A stretch of DNA of 64,000 bases from a virus: positions 2,537 through 66,536 of the IMG/VR virus record IMGVR_UViG_3300035661_001697, one strand, 5' to 3'. Shown here in pieces: positions 39,308 to 49,130 of the stretch. A program made the translations under genes and the position numbers. Within the stretch, counting starts at the first letter, position 1; each line of letters starts with the position of its first letter. The notes beneath the pieces are model-generated. The model was not told the DNA's origin and did not search any database. It saw nothing but the letters and a program-made list of their open reading frames with translations.

Positions 39308-39886
39308 ATGACAACTACAACCACCACAATCGAAAAAGTACAGAATTACAAAGGAACAAACTCTTTCATTATCAAAATGAAAGATACAATCAAAAAGTAT
39401 AACAGATTAACACCAAAACAAGAAGAAGTTGTTCTTGGTATCTTTCAAAAAGAACATAATGAAAGAACCATTGAGATGAATTGGAGAACTCCTGGAGAAA
39501 CTTTAATTATTGGTCGTAATATTGGTCAAAAATTAAAAGAAACTTACGGATTGGAGTTCAATCCTACATTGATTGACATCACTCGATTATTAAGTGTTAG
39601 TCCAAAGGCGGTTAAGTTTTCTGGTAAAATGACAATCAAGAGAGGTAAAGTTTGTACATCTTGTATGAGAGATTTGACTGACGAGTTTTCAATGTTAACA
39701 GGTATGGGTAAGACATGTGCAAAACATATGAAAGTAGAATACATTAAAGACGCTTCAGAAGCTACTCGTTTCCGTGAGGACTACTTAAAAAGAGTTGATG
39801 AAATTGGAGAAATGACTTTTTGGATACCAAAAAAACAAATCAAAAAATGGGAAGGTATGACAGAGTCTATTGTGAAAACAATGTAA
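39308..39886 (+). CDS. DUF6011-like zinc-binding protein
   Basis: CTSCMRDLTDEFSMLTGMGKTC; promoter TTTG(39254)-N19-TATCTTTG(39277). Confidence 0.65.
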   Translation: MTTTTTTIEKVQNYKGTNSFIIKMKDTIKKYNRLTPKQEEVVLGIFQKEHNERTIEMNWRTPGETLIIGRNIGQKLKETYGLEFNPTLIDITRLLSVSPKAVKFSGKMTIKRGKVCTSCMRDLTDEFSMLTGMGKTCAKHMKVEYIKDASEATRFREDYLKRVDEIGEMTFWIPKKQIKKWEGMTESIVKTM

Positions 39887-40000
39887 ATTAAAAGGGAGTT
39901 TAACTCCCTTTTTTTATTTTATCAATTACCAAACCTATATATTGGTGTATTTACTATTAAGAATCTCTTGGGTTAAATATTCAGAGTAAATTTAATAATT

Positions 40001-40399
40001 ATGAAAGCATACTTTAAAGGTCTTAATAAATTTTCAAAACCTAAACAAATTCAAGCTGTTAAAGATTTTGTAAAATATTTACAAACTGAATTACCCCTTA
40101 AAGATAACGTTTACATTACATTTAAAGGCGGTAGAGATATTAAAATGACCACAGGGGTCAGAAGACCTGGAAGTCAAATATTTGTTTTAGCAGATAAAAG
40201 ATTAATGATAGATATTTTAAGAACCGTATCACATGAGTGGGTTCATGAATTCCAACATCAAAAGATGGGACTTAAAGGAAAAGTTCAAAATATTGGAGGT
40301 CCTGTTGAAAATATGGCAAATGTTTTATCAGGAATATTTATGAAAAAGTTTGATAAAATTTTTCCACATTATTCTCCAGTTATTTACGAAGAAGAATAA
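40001..40399 (+). CDS. HExxH zinc metallopeptidase-like protein
   Basis: DILRTVSHEWVHEFQH...E..AN. Confidence 0.7.
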   Translation: MKAYFKGLNKFSKPKQIQAVKDFVKYLQTELPLKDNVYITFKGGRDIKMTTGVRRPGSQIFVLADKRLMIDILRTVSHEWVHEFQHQKMGLKGKVQNIGGPVENMANVLSGIFMKKFDKIFPHYSPVIYEEE

Positions 40400-40401
40400 A
40401 A

Positions 40402-40435
40402 TTTTGAGAGAGGGACATCAATGTCCCTCTCAAAA
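40402..40435. repeat. dispersed hairpin / bidirectional terminator, copy 1
   Basis: TTTTGAGAGAGGGACAT-CA-ATGTCCCTCTCAAAA; copy 2 at 60191-60224. Confidence 0.65.
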
Positions 40436-40438
40436 GTA

Positions 40439-40657
40439 TTACAACATATTTGTGTCTTCCTCTTCGTAACTTTCTATTGTGTTTTTAACGTATTCACGTA
40501 TTTTGAACATACTAGATAAAAACTCCAATCTTAATTTGTGGAATTCTTCATCTTTGATTTCTTCGAATCGACTATAGTGCTCAAAACAATAATCAATTCC
40601 TTCGTTTCTCATTCGGTAATCAACCGCTTGCCAATTTTCTAATTCTTCTTCAGTCAT
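40439..40657 (-). CDS. hypothetical protein
   Basis: 72-aa ORF. Confidence 0.6.
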   Translation of the reverse strand: MTEEELENWQAVDYRMRNEGIDYCFEHYSRFEEIKDEEFHKLRLEFLSSMFKIREYVKNTIESYEEEDTNML

Positions 40658-40836
40658 ATTTTTAATTTTTATAAAGATAAGTATAAATATGGATATTACA
40701 AAAAAAACAAAAATATTTATTTTTAATGAACAACCAAACCACTAAAATTTTTTGAGGTTTTCAATTTATGTTATATAAAAAGATAAATCCTAACAGAAAT
40801 GTGGGGGGTTTTTTATTATACTTATATTTATAAGTT

Positions 40837-41409
40837 ATGAGAATAATAATCACAGAAGAACAATTCAACAGATTCAACAGAAGTAGCAATGTTTTACAGA
40901 ATGGGATTATTAAATATCTAAACCTTTATATTTCAGAGGGTAAAAGAACTTTCAGAACAAAAAACAATAATTTTGGGAATCTTAGTGAAGATTGGTGTGT
41001 TGATAATGTTCATTCAATAACCGCAATTTATTACTTTGAAGACGGCAAGTTTGATTCGGGACATTTAATTGTAACTAACAATTTTGTTAATAAAATTAGT
41101 GAAATATTCAGTGTTAAAAAATCATATGTTTTACATGTTATTGAAGAATGGTATGATGAGGTTATGGTTCCAAAATTTGAAGAGTTGGTTAATGAATCGG
41201 GGTTAAATATTGATGAAATTGGTTCTGTTGAAAAAGAATCCGGTTGTATACCTGAATTTGTTAAACCTGAGGGAATAACAGATGACGAAATGATTGATTA
41301 TATTGCTGACCACACTTTATTCAAAAGACAAGATGTAATAAAACAAATTGAGGGTGGTAGAGACCTTGATATTTTTTATTTTGATATTAAACGTAGGGAA
41401 AACAATTGA
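40837..41409 (+). CDS. leader-bearing hypothetical protein
   Basis: MRIIITEEQF; TATTTAT at 40825. Confidence 0.7.
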   Translation: MRIIITEEQFNRFNRSSNVLQNGIIKYLNLYISEGKRTFRTKNNNFGNLSEDWCVDNVHSITAIYYFEDGKFDSGHLIVTNNFVNKISEIFSVKKSYVLHVIEEWYDEVMVPKFEELVNESGLNIDEIGSVEKESGCIPEFVKPEGITDDEMIDYIADHTLFKRQDVIKQIEGGRDLDIFYFDIKRRENN

Positions 41410-41411
41410 TA

Positions 41412-42161
41412 ATGAAATACATTATAACTGAAGAACAATTAAAAACTACGATTAAAAAATTCAATAAAATAAATTTTGATAGTAGTCAGTTTGGTAAAAT
41501 TATTGAAGAACTTGTTTTAAATTTTTTTAAAAGTCCTGTTTGTGATGTTGCAGCAATAAAAATACCTGAATTAGATGAATATATTGTGTTAGTTTTAACA
41601 CCTACTTATCATAGTAATCTAACCGAACATAAACTTGCCAACTATATTAAAAACTTCATTGGGGTTAAATTAACGGTTTTACTTAACCAATCCGACAACT
41701 GTACAGAAAATATCGTAGAACAACAATACGGAAAATTATTAGAAATGATTAAACTTGACATCAAGGTTGGAGATACAATCATGGGGGGTAAGTTTAAAAA
41801 TAAGAAAGTTGTTGTTAAAACTATTGGTAAAAATGATAAGGGTGATATTACAATTAATGGTAAACCATTATTACGATTTAGAATATTAAAAGAAAATAAT
41901 ATTCATTTGAAAAGAAGAGAATATATAATGAAAAAAAAATTGGATTCAATAATTCAAAATAATTTTAATGATGAAGAACTTAAATTTACTCCTTTTGAAC
42001 ATTTTAGATTACATATATCTGATTATGTTGGTACCGAAATGGCAAACGAACTTAATTTAACAGGAGACAAAAAAGTTACATTTAGAAATCAAATAATCCA
42101 ATATGTTCGTAATTATTTTTATGAATATTTAAAAGAAGTTTGGGAATCAAAACAAAATTAA
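41412..42161 (+). CDS. leader-bearing multi-module hypothetical protein
   Basis: MKYIITEEQL; internal SH3/KOW-like module (IKVGDTIMGGKFKNK) bounded by LLE and LKE. Confidence 0.65.
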   Translation: MKYIITEEQLKTTIKKFNKINFDSSQFGKIIEELVLNFFKSPVCDVAAIKIPELDEYIVLVLTPTYHSNLTEHKLANYIKNFIGVKLTVLLNQSDNCTENIVEQQYGKLLEMIKLDIKVGDTIMGGKFKNKKVVVKTIGKNDKGDITINGKPLLRFRILKENNIHLKRREYIMKKKLDSIIQNNFNDEELKFTPFEHFRLHISDYVGTEMANELNLTGDKKVTFRNQIIQYVRNYFYEYLKEVWESKQN

Positions 42162-42220
42162 TTGATAAATAAACTATTATTTCTTATTTTTATAAAATAA
42201 TAATCGTAAAAAATTTAAAT

Positions 42221-42616
42221 ATGAAAATAGGAATAACAGCCAGTTCTTGCGATTTGTTGCATGCTGGACATATTTTAATGTTAAAGGAGGCCAAATCTGT
42301 TTGTGATTATCTTATTGTTGCATTACAGATTGACCCAACTTTAGACAGACCTGATAAGAATATGCCAATCCAATCATTCTATGAAAGATGGACACAGTTG
42401 TCCGCTGTGAAATATGTTGATAAGATAATTCCATATTCGACTGAGATGGAACTTATGACCATCCTTCAAAATAACAGTATTGACATTAGAATACTTGGAG
42501 ATGAATATAAAAACAAAGTATTCACAGGATGTGATTTAGAAATGGAATATTATTTCAATAAAAGAACACACAAATATAGTTCAACAGAGTTACGAAAACG
42601 TATCGGAGGTATTTAA
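42221..42616 (+). CDS. cytidylyltransferase (TagD-like)
   Basis: DLLHAGH, ER...AVKYVD, RILGDEY, R...YSSTELR. Confidence 0.85.
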   Translation: MKIGITASSCDLLHAGHILMLKEAKSVCDYLIVALQIDPTLDRPDKNMPIQSFYERWTQLSAVKYVDKIIPYSTEMELMTILQNNSIDIRILGDEYKNKVFTGCDLEMEYYFNKRTHKYSSTELRKRIGGI

Positions 42617-42633
42617 TTATAAAAGAATAATAT

Positions 42634-43356
42634 ATGGATTTAAGTGATTTATTAACAATTGTTATTCCTTGTAAAAATGAAAAAAACATTATATCTAAGA
42701 CATTAGATTTATTAAACCATCAAACAAATATTCACGGAGTTAAAGTTGTTGTGTGCGATTCGTCAAATGATGGGATGACTAAATTATCGTTATTGAATAG
42801 ATTAGAATATAATTTGATTACAGATAATTTCAACTTAAATTTGATTGAAGGCGGATTACCTGCAACTGCAAGAAATAACGGTTTTAAATTAGTTTCTACA
42901 CCATATGTTTTATTCATGGATGCCGATATATTCCTATTGGACAGTGAATTGTTAAATAATGCTGTTTTAAAAATACAAAACGAAAACTTAGATTTGGTTA
43001 GTGTTAGGTTCAGAACTGACAACGGAGACTATAATTATGTCTATAAGGTTTTTGATGTTCTACAAAAACTCTCAAGGTTAATATCACCATTCTGTTTGGG
43101 TGGATTTATGTTAACAAAGACATCAAAGTTTAAAGAAATTGGCGGGTTTGATGAAGAAGTTAAAGTTGCTGAAGATTATGTTTATTCCAAACAAATAAAA
43201 AGGAATATGTTTAAAATACATAATGCTTTTGTGTATACACCACCAAGAAGATTCCACAACAAAGGTTTATGGTACATGACTAAATTAATGATTGGGTCGG
43301 TCCTAAATAAAAACAATAAAGAATATTTTAAAGACAGTAAAAGTTATTGGTCATGA
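42634..43356 (+). CDS. glycosyltransferase family 2
   Basis: TIVIPCKNE, ARNNG, FMDAD, GGFDE...AED. Confidence 0.88.
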   Translation: MDLSDLLTIVIPCKNEKNIISKTLDLLNHQTNIHGVKVVVCDSSNDGMTKLSLLNRLEYNLITDNFNLNLIEGGLPATARNNGFKLVSTPYVLFMDADIFLLDSELLNNAVLKIQNENLDLVSVRFRTDNGDYNYVYKVFDVLQKLSRLISPFCLGGFMLTKTSKFKEIGGFDEEVKVAEDYVYSKQIKRNMFKIHNAFVYTPPRRFHNKGLWYMTKLMIGSVLNKNNKEYFKDSKSYWS

Positions 43357-44069
43357 AAACATGGAGAACAATAATAATGAGTGATTTACATCTTGGTGCA
43401 AGACAATCACAAACAGACAATATTATTAAATTCTTGGAAGAGAATGAGTCTTTAATATTAATTTTAAATGGTGACATCATTGATGGATGGGCACTTAAAA
43501 GCGGGGGGAAATGGAAAAAAGAATGTTCCAAGATATTCCGAAGATTTATGAAAAGAAGTGAGACAGGAACAAAAGTGGTTTATATCAGAGGCAATCATGA
43601 CGATTTCTTAAAACCATTCGTACCTTTCTTTATGAATAACATTCAAATCGTTAGGAAGTATATACACATTGGGGCTGATGGTAGAAAGTATTATTGTTTT
43701 CATGGTGATGTTCTTGACTTTGTTATTATGAAAGTAAGATGGTTGGCAGTACTTGGAGGTATATCTTATGACTTAGTAATCAAATTGAATACGTTATATA
43801 ATTTGATTAGGAGAAAGTTTAATCTACCTTATTATTCATTGGCGAATCATATCAAACAAAGTGTAAAGGGAGCAATCAATTTTGTGTCTGACTTTGAAGA
43901 AAACGCCAAAGGATTAACAAAAAGTAAAGATTGTGATGTTGCAGTATGTGGACATATCCACCAACCAAAATTAACTGAAGACTATATGAATTCAGGTGAT
44001 TTTTGTGAGAATTCAACTTGTTTAGTTGAAGACTTTAACGGTAAGTGGTCAATAATTAATATGGGTTAA
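43353..44069 (+). CDS. LpxH-like metallophosphoesterase (UDP-2,3-diacylglucosamine hydrolase family)
   Basis: SDLHLG, GDIIDGW, GNHD, HGD, CGHIH, YMNSGD. Confidence 0.85.
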   Translation: MKTWRTIIMSDLHLGARQSQTDNIIKFLEENESLILILNGDIIDGWALKSGGKWKKECSKIFRRFMKRSETGTKVVYIRGNHDDFLKPFVPFFMNNIQIVRKYIHIGADGRKYYCFHGDVLDFVIMKVRWLAVLGGISYDLVIKLNTLYNLIRRKFNLPYYSLANHIKQSVKGAINFVSDFEENAKGLTKSKDCDVAVCGHIHQPKLTEDYMNSGDFCENSTCLVEDFNGKWSIINMG

Positions 44070-44126
44070 TGTTTGTACCCGTATTCAGTACTAAAAACAA
44101 ATACCCATATTATGAATACTATTCAA

Positions 44127-44390
44127 TCACACTATTTCTCGAATTTTGAGTTTATACATTTTACTAAACCAAGCATTTACTACCGTCAACATAATTTTCT
44201 CTATAAATTCTTCACCAAACTTTTGATTTAAAGTTGATTTAACCTCATCACCAACATACATGGTTGATGTTTTTATATCAAACAGAAAAAACTCATTTGC
44301 CCACGTCTGTTCTACTTTATTATAATAAAGATATGGAAAACTAAATTTATCCTCAATAAATTTTGATATATATTCTTCGAGTTTTGACAT
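44127..44390 (-). CDS. hypothetical protein (distant relative of the 59393-60555 family)
   Basis: Similar C-terminal WF..MY.LKI. Confidence 0.55.
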   Translation of the reverse strand: MSKLEEYISKFIEDKFSFPYLYYNKVEQTWANEFFLFDIKTSTMYVGDEVKSTLNQKFGEEFIEKIMLTVVNAWFSKMYKLKIREIV

Positions 44391-44420
44391 TAATTTAAAT
44401 ATAACAAATATTTACATAAT

Positions 44421-45626
44421 ATGAACCTACAAGAAGAAATATTAAGAATAAAATCAATGATAATTGTTGCTGAAGAAATGGATTTAAATTCAGACAAAAA
44501 CCAAAAAATGATTGAATTAGTGGATGTTTTTAATGAAGGTGAATTTGAAACTAAAATCAAGCCATATTTTAATGACACAATGACTTTTTTAAAAGTTATT
44601 AATAATTACGGTCTTTTATATGAACTTGATATAAATAATATTCCTTCTAATGATATTAGTAATGAAGTGTTTGATTATTTGGACAATAATGGTATAATAT
44701 CTAATTTTGATTATGATTCTATTCCTGAGGCGTTTAAAAACAATTATCTAATACATGGTTTAGAACATAACTACGAAGATACTATTAAGTATATTACAAG
44801 CGACCTTTTACAAGATGTTAAAATTAGACCTGATGGGTTCTATTTATATTTAGGTAATGATAGAGATGAATTGGCTTCTTTTTTCTGCGGTTCCTCCCGT
44901 CGTGACGTTTCTCCTGAAGATGTTGCAAAACAAGTATTTAGCGAAGAGGGTTTAGGTAACGATTGGTATTTTGATGTTGGTACAACACCATCTGAAGTTA
45001 TTGACGATTTAAACGAAAACAATACCATTCATTTAAAAGATGTTATTTTTAAAGAAATTGGTAATGTTGAATTATCTTTAGAAGATTATGATTCTGATTT
45101 TTTTGAAAGTTTATCACAAGAACAGGGAACTGAAGGTTATTTTAAAATTGAACCTGAAGACTTAAATGAATTAATTAAAGATTCCGACGCAATCAACGAA
45201 CTATGTAAAAAAGATTTAAGTGAGTTAGGTCAAGAATTACAAAGTGTTTATTGGAATGCTTATAATACGGCATATGAAGATGAAATATATAAATTAGTAT
45301 ATGATGGTTTAGATGATTACTTTGAAGGAAAAATTGATGAAGTCCCAAAAGAAATTATCAAATCGGATGGTAAAAAAGAAACCAGATATGTAAATTATAT
45401 TAAAATTAGGGATTTTGTTGGAGACATTACAAAATTTTTAGAAATGAATAAAGGTCAAAATACATATTCAGATTCATATTTAGAATATTTTGGTGGTTAT
45501 ATGACTTTGATGAAAGAACTAATTAACAATGGTGATTTTGAATGTATAGATTTTAGAATTTCAGATTATCCAGATTGGTCTACTATTCAAAAATATACAA
45601 ACGAAATGTTTAATGATTATATTTAA
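44421..45626 (+). CDS. leader-bearing acidic hypothetical protein
   Basis: MNLQEEILRIKSM; TATTTAC variant upstream. Confidence 0.7.
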   Translation: MNLQEEILRIKSMIIVAEEMDLNSDKNQKMIELVDVFNEGEFETKIKPYFNDTMTFLKVINNYGLLYELDINNIPSNDISNEVFDYLDNNGIISNFDYDSIPEAFKNNYLIHGLEHNYEDTIKYITSDLLQDVKIRPDGFYLYLGNDRDELASFFCGSSRRDVSPEDVAKQVFSEEGLGNDWYFDVGTTPSEVIDDLNENNTIHLKDVIFKEIGNVELSLEDYDSDFFESLSQEQGTEGYFKIEPEDLNELIKDSDAINELCKKDLSELGQELQSVYWNAYNTAYEDEIYKLVYDGLDDYFEGKIDEVPKEIIKSDGKKETRYVNYIKIRDFVGDITKFLEMNKGQNTYSDSYLEYFGGYMTLMKELINNGDFECIDFRISDYPDWSTIQKYTNEMFNDYI

Positions 45627-45663
45627 ATAAATTGTGTCACAATTATTCACATATCTATTTGTT

Positions 45664-45942
45664 TTATTTGTTTAAATCTTCATACTCCAACATGATACCT
45701 TTTCTTAACATCATATTATCTGATTCTAAAAATTTTACATATTCATTACATTGTTGTAACTCTACAACTTTACCGTCTAATTTAATCTGTAGTGAATCTA
45801 TTGTATAAGTGTAATCGATATGTTCCTGAGTTATCACATTACTTTTATATTCTGTATCACAAGAAAATAAAATATATCCTAACGTAATTCCCGCTAGTAA
45901 GTGTAAAATTGAGTAATAAATTATTTTGTTCATATTTTTCAT
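45664..45942 (-). CDS. membrane-anchored coiled-coil protein
   Basis: N-terminal TM ending LFSC. Confidence 0.55.
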   Translation of the reverse strand: MKNMNKIIYYSILHLLAGITLGYILFSCDTEYKSNVITQEHIDYTYTIDSLQIKLDGKVVELQQCNEYVKFLESDNMMLRKGIMLEYEDLNK

Positions 45943-45956
45943 TGGTTTTATAAATT

Positions 45957-47129
45957 TTAATTTGATAATTGCATTTTTATTGTCGGGTGACTTTGATAAT
46001 TCTCTAAAATAATATCATCCAAAGTATATTCCGAAATGTCATTAACAACACTATTAGATATTTTTACTGTTGGTAATTCATATGGTTCTCTTGTTAATTG
46101 TTCTTTAATTGGTTCAATGTGATTAAGATATAAATGAACGTCTCCTCCATTGTAAATCAATTCTTCAGGAACCATATTAACTTGTTTAGCAATCATCATC
46201 AATAATAATCCGTATGATGATAAATTGAAACTCAACCCCAATCCTACGTCGGTACTTCGCATATTAAACATTAAAGAGATTGCTCTGGTTGGTACCCCAT
46301 GAGTATCTAAATGAACATTAGGGTCAAATTGATTTTTTTGTTCTTCATTTGTAAATCCAAACTTGATATTCCATACTTGCAATCTTTCCTCTAAACTCAA
46401 CTCTCTTGTATAAACTTGAAATCCATAATGACAGGGTGGAAGAACCATTTGGTCTAATTCAGATGGGTTCCACGCTGACAAGAGTAGCCTGCGACTATCA
46501 GGATTTTCTTTGAGTTGTTTAATCAAATCCGATATTTGGTCTATGTTGTCGTTCCAACTTCTCCATTGCTTTCCATACACAGGTCCAAGGTCACCCCACT
46601 TCTTAGCAAACTCATCATCTGTTTTGATTTTGTTGATGAAGTCTTCTTGTGATAAGTGTCGGGTTGGGTGTGGAGATACCATAGAACGCCCATTCAACAT
46701 ACACCAACCTTTATCTCTATTTTGATAAAGAATATTTGTATGATGGTCGTGTATTGTTGCTAATGGATAATTTGTGTAGTTCTTATACGCATCTCCGTTC
46801 CAAATATGACAATTATTATCAACAAGGAACTTGATGTTTGTATCACCTCGTAAAAACCATAATAATTCAACTACCATAGTTTTCCATGCCATCTTCTTAG
46901 TTGTAAGTAATGGAAACCCCTCACTCATTTTATGTCTAATCTGTCTACCAAAAACACTGATGGTACCAGTTCCTGTTCTATCTTTTTTTGATACACCATT
47001 ATCAAGGATGTCTTGTAAGAGTGATTGGTATTGTTTATCCAAGGTATTATTTTTTATATCTATATCTTTCATTAGTTCTTTACGTTTTTCAGGATGTCTC
47101 CACTTGCCATAGTTAGACCATTTGTTCAT
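45957..47129 (-). CDS. thyA: thymidylate synthase (start 47129 or 47072)
   Basis: DRTGTGT, FPLLTTKK, ELLWFL, LGPVYGKQWR, SRR, LPPCH, RSTD..LG..FN, DVHLY. Confidence 0.95.
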   Translation of the reverse strand: MNKWSNYGKWRHPEKRKELMKDIDIKNNTLDKQYQSLLQDILDNGVSKKDRTGTGTISVFGRQIRHKMSEGFPLLTTKKMAWKTMVVELLWFLRGDTNIKFLVDNNCHIWNGDAYKNYTNYPLATIHDHHTNILYQNRDKGWCMLNGRSMVSPHPTRHLSQEDFINKIKTDDEFAKKWGDLGPVYGKQWRSWNDNIDQISDLIKQLKENPDSRRLLLSAWNPSELDQMVLPPCHYGFQVYTRELSLEERLQVWNIKFGFTNEEQKNQFDPNVHLDTHGVPTRAISLMFNMRSTDVGLGLSFNLSSYGLLLMMIAKQVNMVPEELIYNGGDVHLYLNHIEPIKEQLTREPYELPTVKISNSVVNDISEYTLDDIILENYQSHPTIKMQLSN

Positions 47130-47331
47130 AACTTTCCAATTGATTTTCGTTGAAGATGTGTAATAGTCCATATTCGTCCATTTCACCTATCACTCGGATT
47201 TCACCACCGATTGTTTCAAATACACCTACGATTGTGCAAGGAAATTTATAACCTTTTGGTTTGTGTGCCTTATCACCAACCTTAAATTTTGGTTCTGTTT
47301 TAAAAATATTGTTTGTTTTTTCTTGTGTCAT
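47113..47331 (-). CDS. type II dihydrofolate reductase (DfrB/R67)-like SH3-fold protein
   Basis: FKVGDKAHKPKGYKFPCTIVGVFET...GLLHIFNENQLE parallels R67 [23 protein letters not shown]...GSVQIYPVAALE. Confidence 0.55.
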   Translation of the reverse strand: MTQEKTNNIFKTEPKFKVGDKAHKPKGYKFPCTIVGVFETIGGEIRVIGEMDEYGLLHIFNENQLESYEQMV

Positions 47332-47576
47332 GATTCTAAGTTTAAATTATAATCATTTAATATATTTCTGATTTCATTACGTATTTTTTCTGCAACGGCA
47401 AACTCTTCGTCAGTTGCTTCTTTTGATTTATCAAGCATACTTGTTCCATGCTTTGTTGTGCCTCTAAGCAATTGGTCTAAGTCCCACATAGCTAACTTCC
47501 ATTTATATCCATCTAATGATACTCTTGCGTCATCTTGTTCTTCTACTGAGTCAAACTCTAATATTATTTTTCCCAT
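47328..47576 (-). CDS. hypothetical phage protein
   Basis: ILEFD...W..AMWDLDQ.LR motif. Confidence 0.65.
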   Translation of the reverse strand: MGKIILEFDSVEEQDDARVSLDGYKWKLAMWDLDQLLRGTTKHGTSMLDKSKEATDEEFAVAEKIRNEIRNILNDYNLNLES

Positions 47577-47578
47577 TT

Positions 47579-47821
47579 TTATTGTTCTTTAAATTTTTCA
47601 TATAACCATTCTTCATAAGTGGTGGCATCAGATATTTCATAGCATCCACACTCCATTGTTTTTTGTCCTGCTTTATATGCCTCTTTTGCTGATTGGTTTA
47701 ACGCCAAAAATATCTGTTTTTTTTCCATTTCTTTAGCCGCTTCAAGCATTGCATACCAAGTTACTTCATCCTTGTCTGTATTCCATAGCCTTTCAAATAA
47801 TAATTCTACCGCTGTTTTCAT
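47579..47821 (-). CDS. MK(Q)TAVE-family hypothetical phage protein
   Basis: MKTAVELL...AKEMEKKQI. Confidence 0.65.
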   Translation of the reverse strand: MKTAVELLFERLWNTDKDEVTWYAMLEAAKEMEKKQIFLALNQSAKEAYKAGQKTMECGCYEISDATTYEEWLYEKFKEQ

Positions 47822-47907
47822 TCTTCTGATTTAAAATCCTCGTTGACAATATGTCATTGCATTTATTTTTTCTTTTTGTAACCATAATAGGTATCTGAAT
47901 AGTTTTT

Positions 47908-48081
47908 TCATGGGCTCTCTATTGTGTAATTTTCGTATTGAAATATTAAATCTTTAAGTAATTTGTTTTCTTGAATAACTCCTTCACATTGTTTATTGTC
48001 CCTAAACATTGTTATACCTATAAAAATCCCAATAACAAATCCTATAAGTAACCCTATTACTAATTTATCTGTTGTTTTCAT
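47908..48081 (-). CDS. small membrane protein (57 aa)
   Basis: MKTTDKLVIGLLIGFVIGIFIG...; missing from the ORF track. Confidence 0.55.
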   Translation of the reverse strand: MKTTDKLVIGLLIGFVIGIFIGITMFRDNKQCEGVIQENKLLKDLIFQYENYTIESP

Positions 48082-48308
48082 TCTTCTAATTTATTTTTTA
48101 ATAATTCTGTTGCTCCATGCCATAATGGAGCCATATAATGATACACGTTTTCAATTATCTCTTCTTCTAAAAAAGTTTCAAGTTCTTTAATTCTTGCATC
48201 TTTCTTTTTTTCAATTTGTTTAGATTCTTCAATAATTTCTTTAATACCTAACATATTTTGGTTGTAATCTAAGCTATCTAATAAACACTCTACTGCTGTC
48301 TGTTTCAT
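48078..48308 (-). CDS. MKQTAVE-family hypothetical phage protein
   Basis: Paralog of 47579-47821. Confidence 0.6.
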   Translation of the reverse strand: MKQTAVECLLDSLDYNQNMLGIKEIIEESKQIEKKKDARIKELETFLEEEIIENVYHYMAPLWHGATELLKNKLEE

Positions 48309-48385
48309 ATCATTTTTATTTTATTAATTTGTCCCATATATTAGTTAGATTTGGGACGAATAGTTGTAAATTGCTAATATATTAG

Positions 48386-48763
48386 TTATATTCCTCTTGC
48401 TATCATGTTTAATATTTCTAATCTCTCTTCATCTGTTAGTTTTTTGGGTAGTTCATACTCTTTCGTATTCTCCAACCTACATTTCTCCACCTCTTCCCAC
48501 AAAGACTTATCATCATAACAAATTGCATTACCATCTTTGTCTGTTGCTTGGTATTGGTCACCATCTTTATCTCTCTCCCATAGATACCAATAAATCCAAT
48601 CTGCTCCTTCCTTACCATAGTAAACCTCTAATAAAATATTAATTACTGAGGTATAGTCATCTGAAAAATTAACAAGGTCTATTTCTAATTTATACAATGC
48701 ATCCTGCTTGTCTGACTGTTTCCTAATTTTATTAAGGATTTCTGTAAATACTTCTAATTTCAT
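48386..48763 (-). CDS. hypothetical protein
   Basis: 125-aa ORF. Confidence 0.65.
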   Translation of the reverse strand: MKLEVFTEILNKIRKQSDKQDALYKLEIDLVNFSDDYTSVINILLEVYYGKEGADWIYWYLWERDKDGDQYQATDKDGNAICYDDKSLWEEVEKCRLENTKEYELPKKLTDEERLEILNMIARGI

Positions 48764-48764
48764 A

Positions 48765-49118
48765 TTATTTTTTTAGTTTCCATAACTCGTAATTACTATT
48801 TTTTGTCTTAAATTTAATATAGTCATCTTGCTCCTCAACAATTTCGGTTATTGGAGTTGTTTGCCAAGTAAAGAATTGATTAAATGGAGACATAATTAAT
48901 GAAAGACCAACAGCTGGTTTATCATGTCTTGATTTAAACCTACCTTCCTCATTCCATTCCAACCACCTTACTTCTTTAGATTGATTAGTTAATCCATCAT
49001 GTTCACGAAGCATTTTCCAATTGAATTCGTTTTCAATTACTCCTTGCTCAACAGCAACCTTTAATACATTATCTTCTGTTAATGTCATTGGTATTTTATT
49101 TTGTTTAATCTTGTTCAT
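48765..49118 (-). CDS. hypothetical phage protein
   Basis: WQTT.IT...FKTKNS.Y motif. Confidence 0.65.
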   Translation of the reverse strand: MNKIKQNKIPMTLTEDNVLKVAVEQGVIENEFNWKMLREHDGLTNQSKEVRWLEWNEEGRFKSRHDKPAVGLSLIMSPFNQFFTWQTTPITEIVEEQDDYIKFKTKNSNYELWKLKK

Positions 49119-49130
49119 TTTCTAATTTAT

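Noticed and set aside
45957-47129. ThyA as a dCMP hydroxymethylase or an intron/intein-containing gene
   Set aside because: It keeps the dUMP-specifying Asn (LSFN); insertions are short in-frame loops without intein or intron hallmarks.
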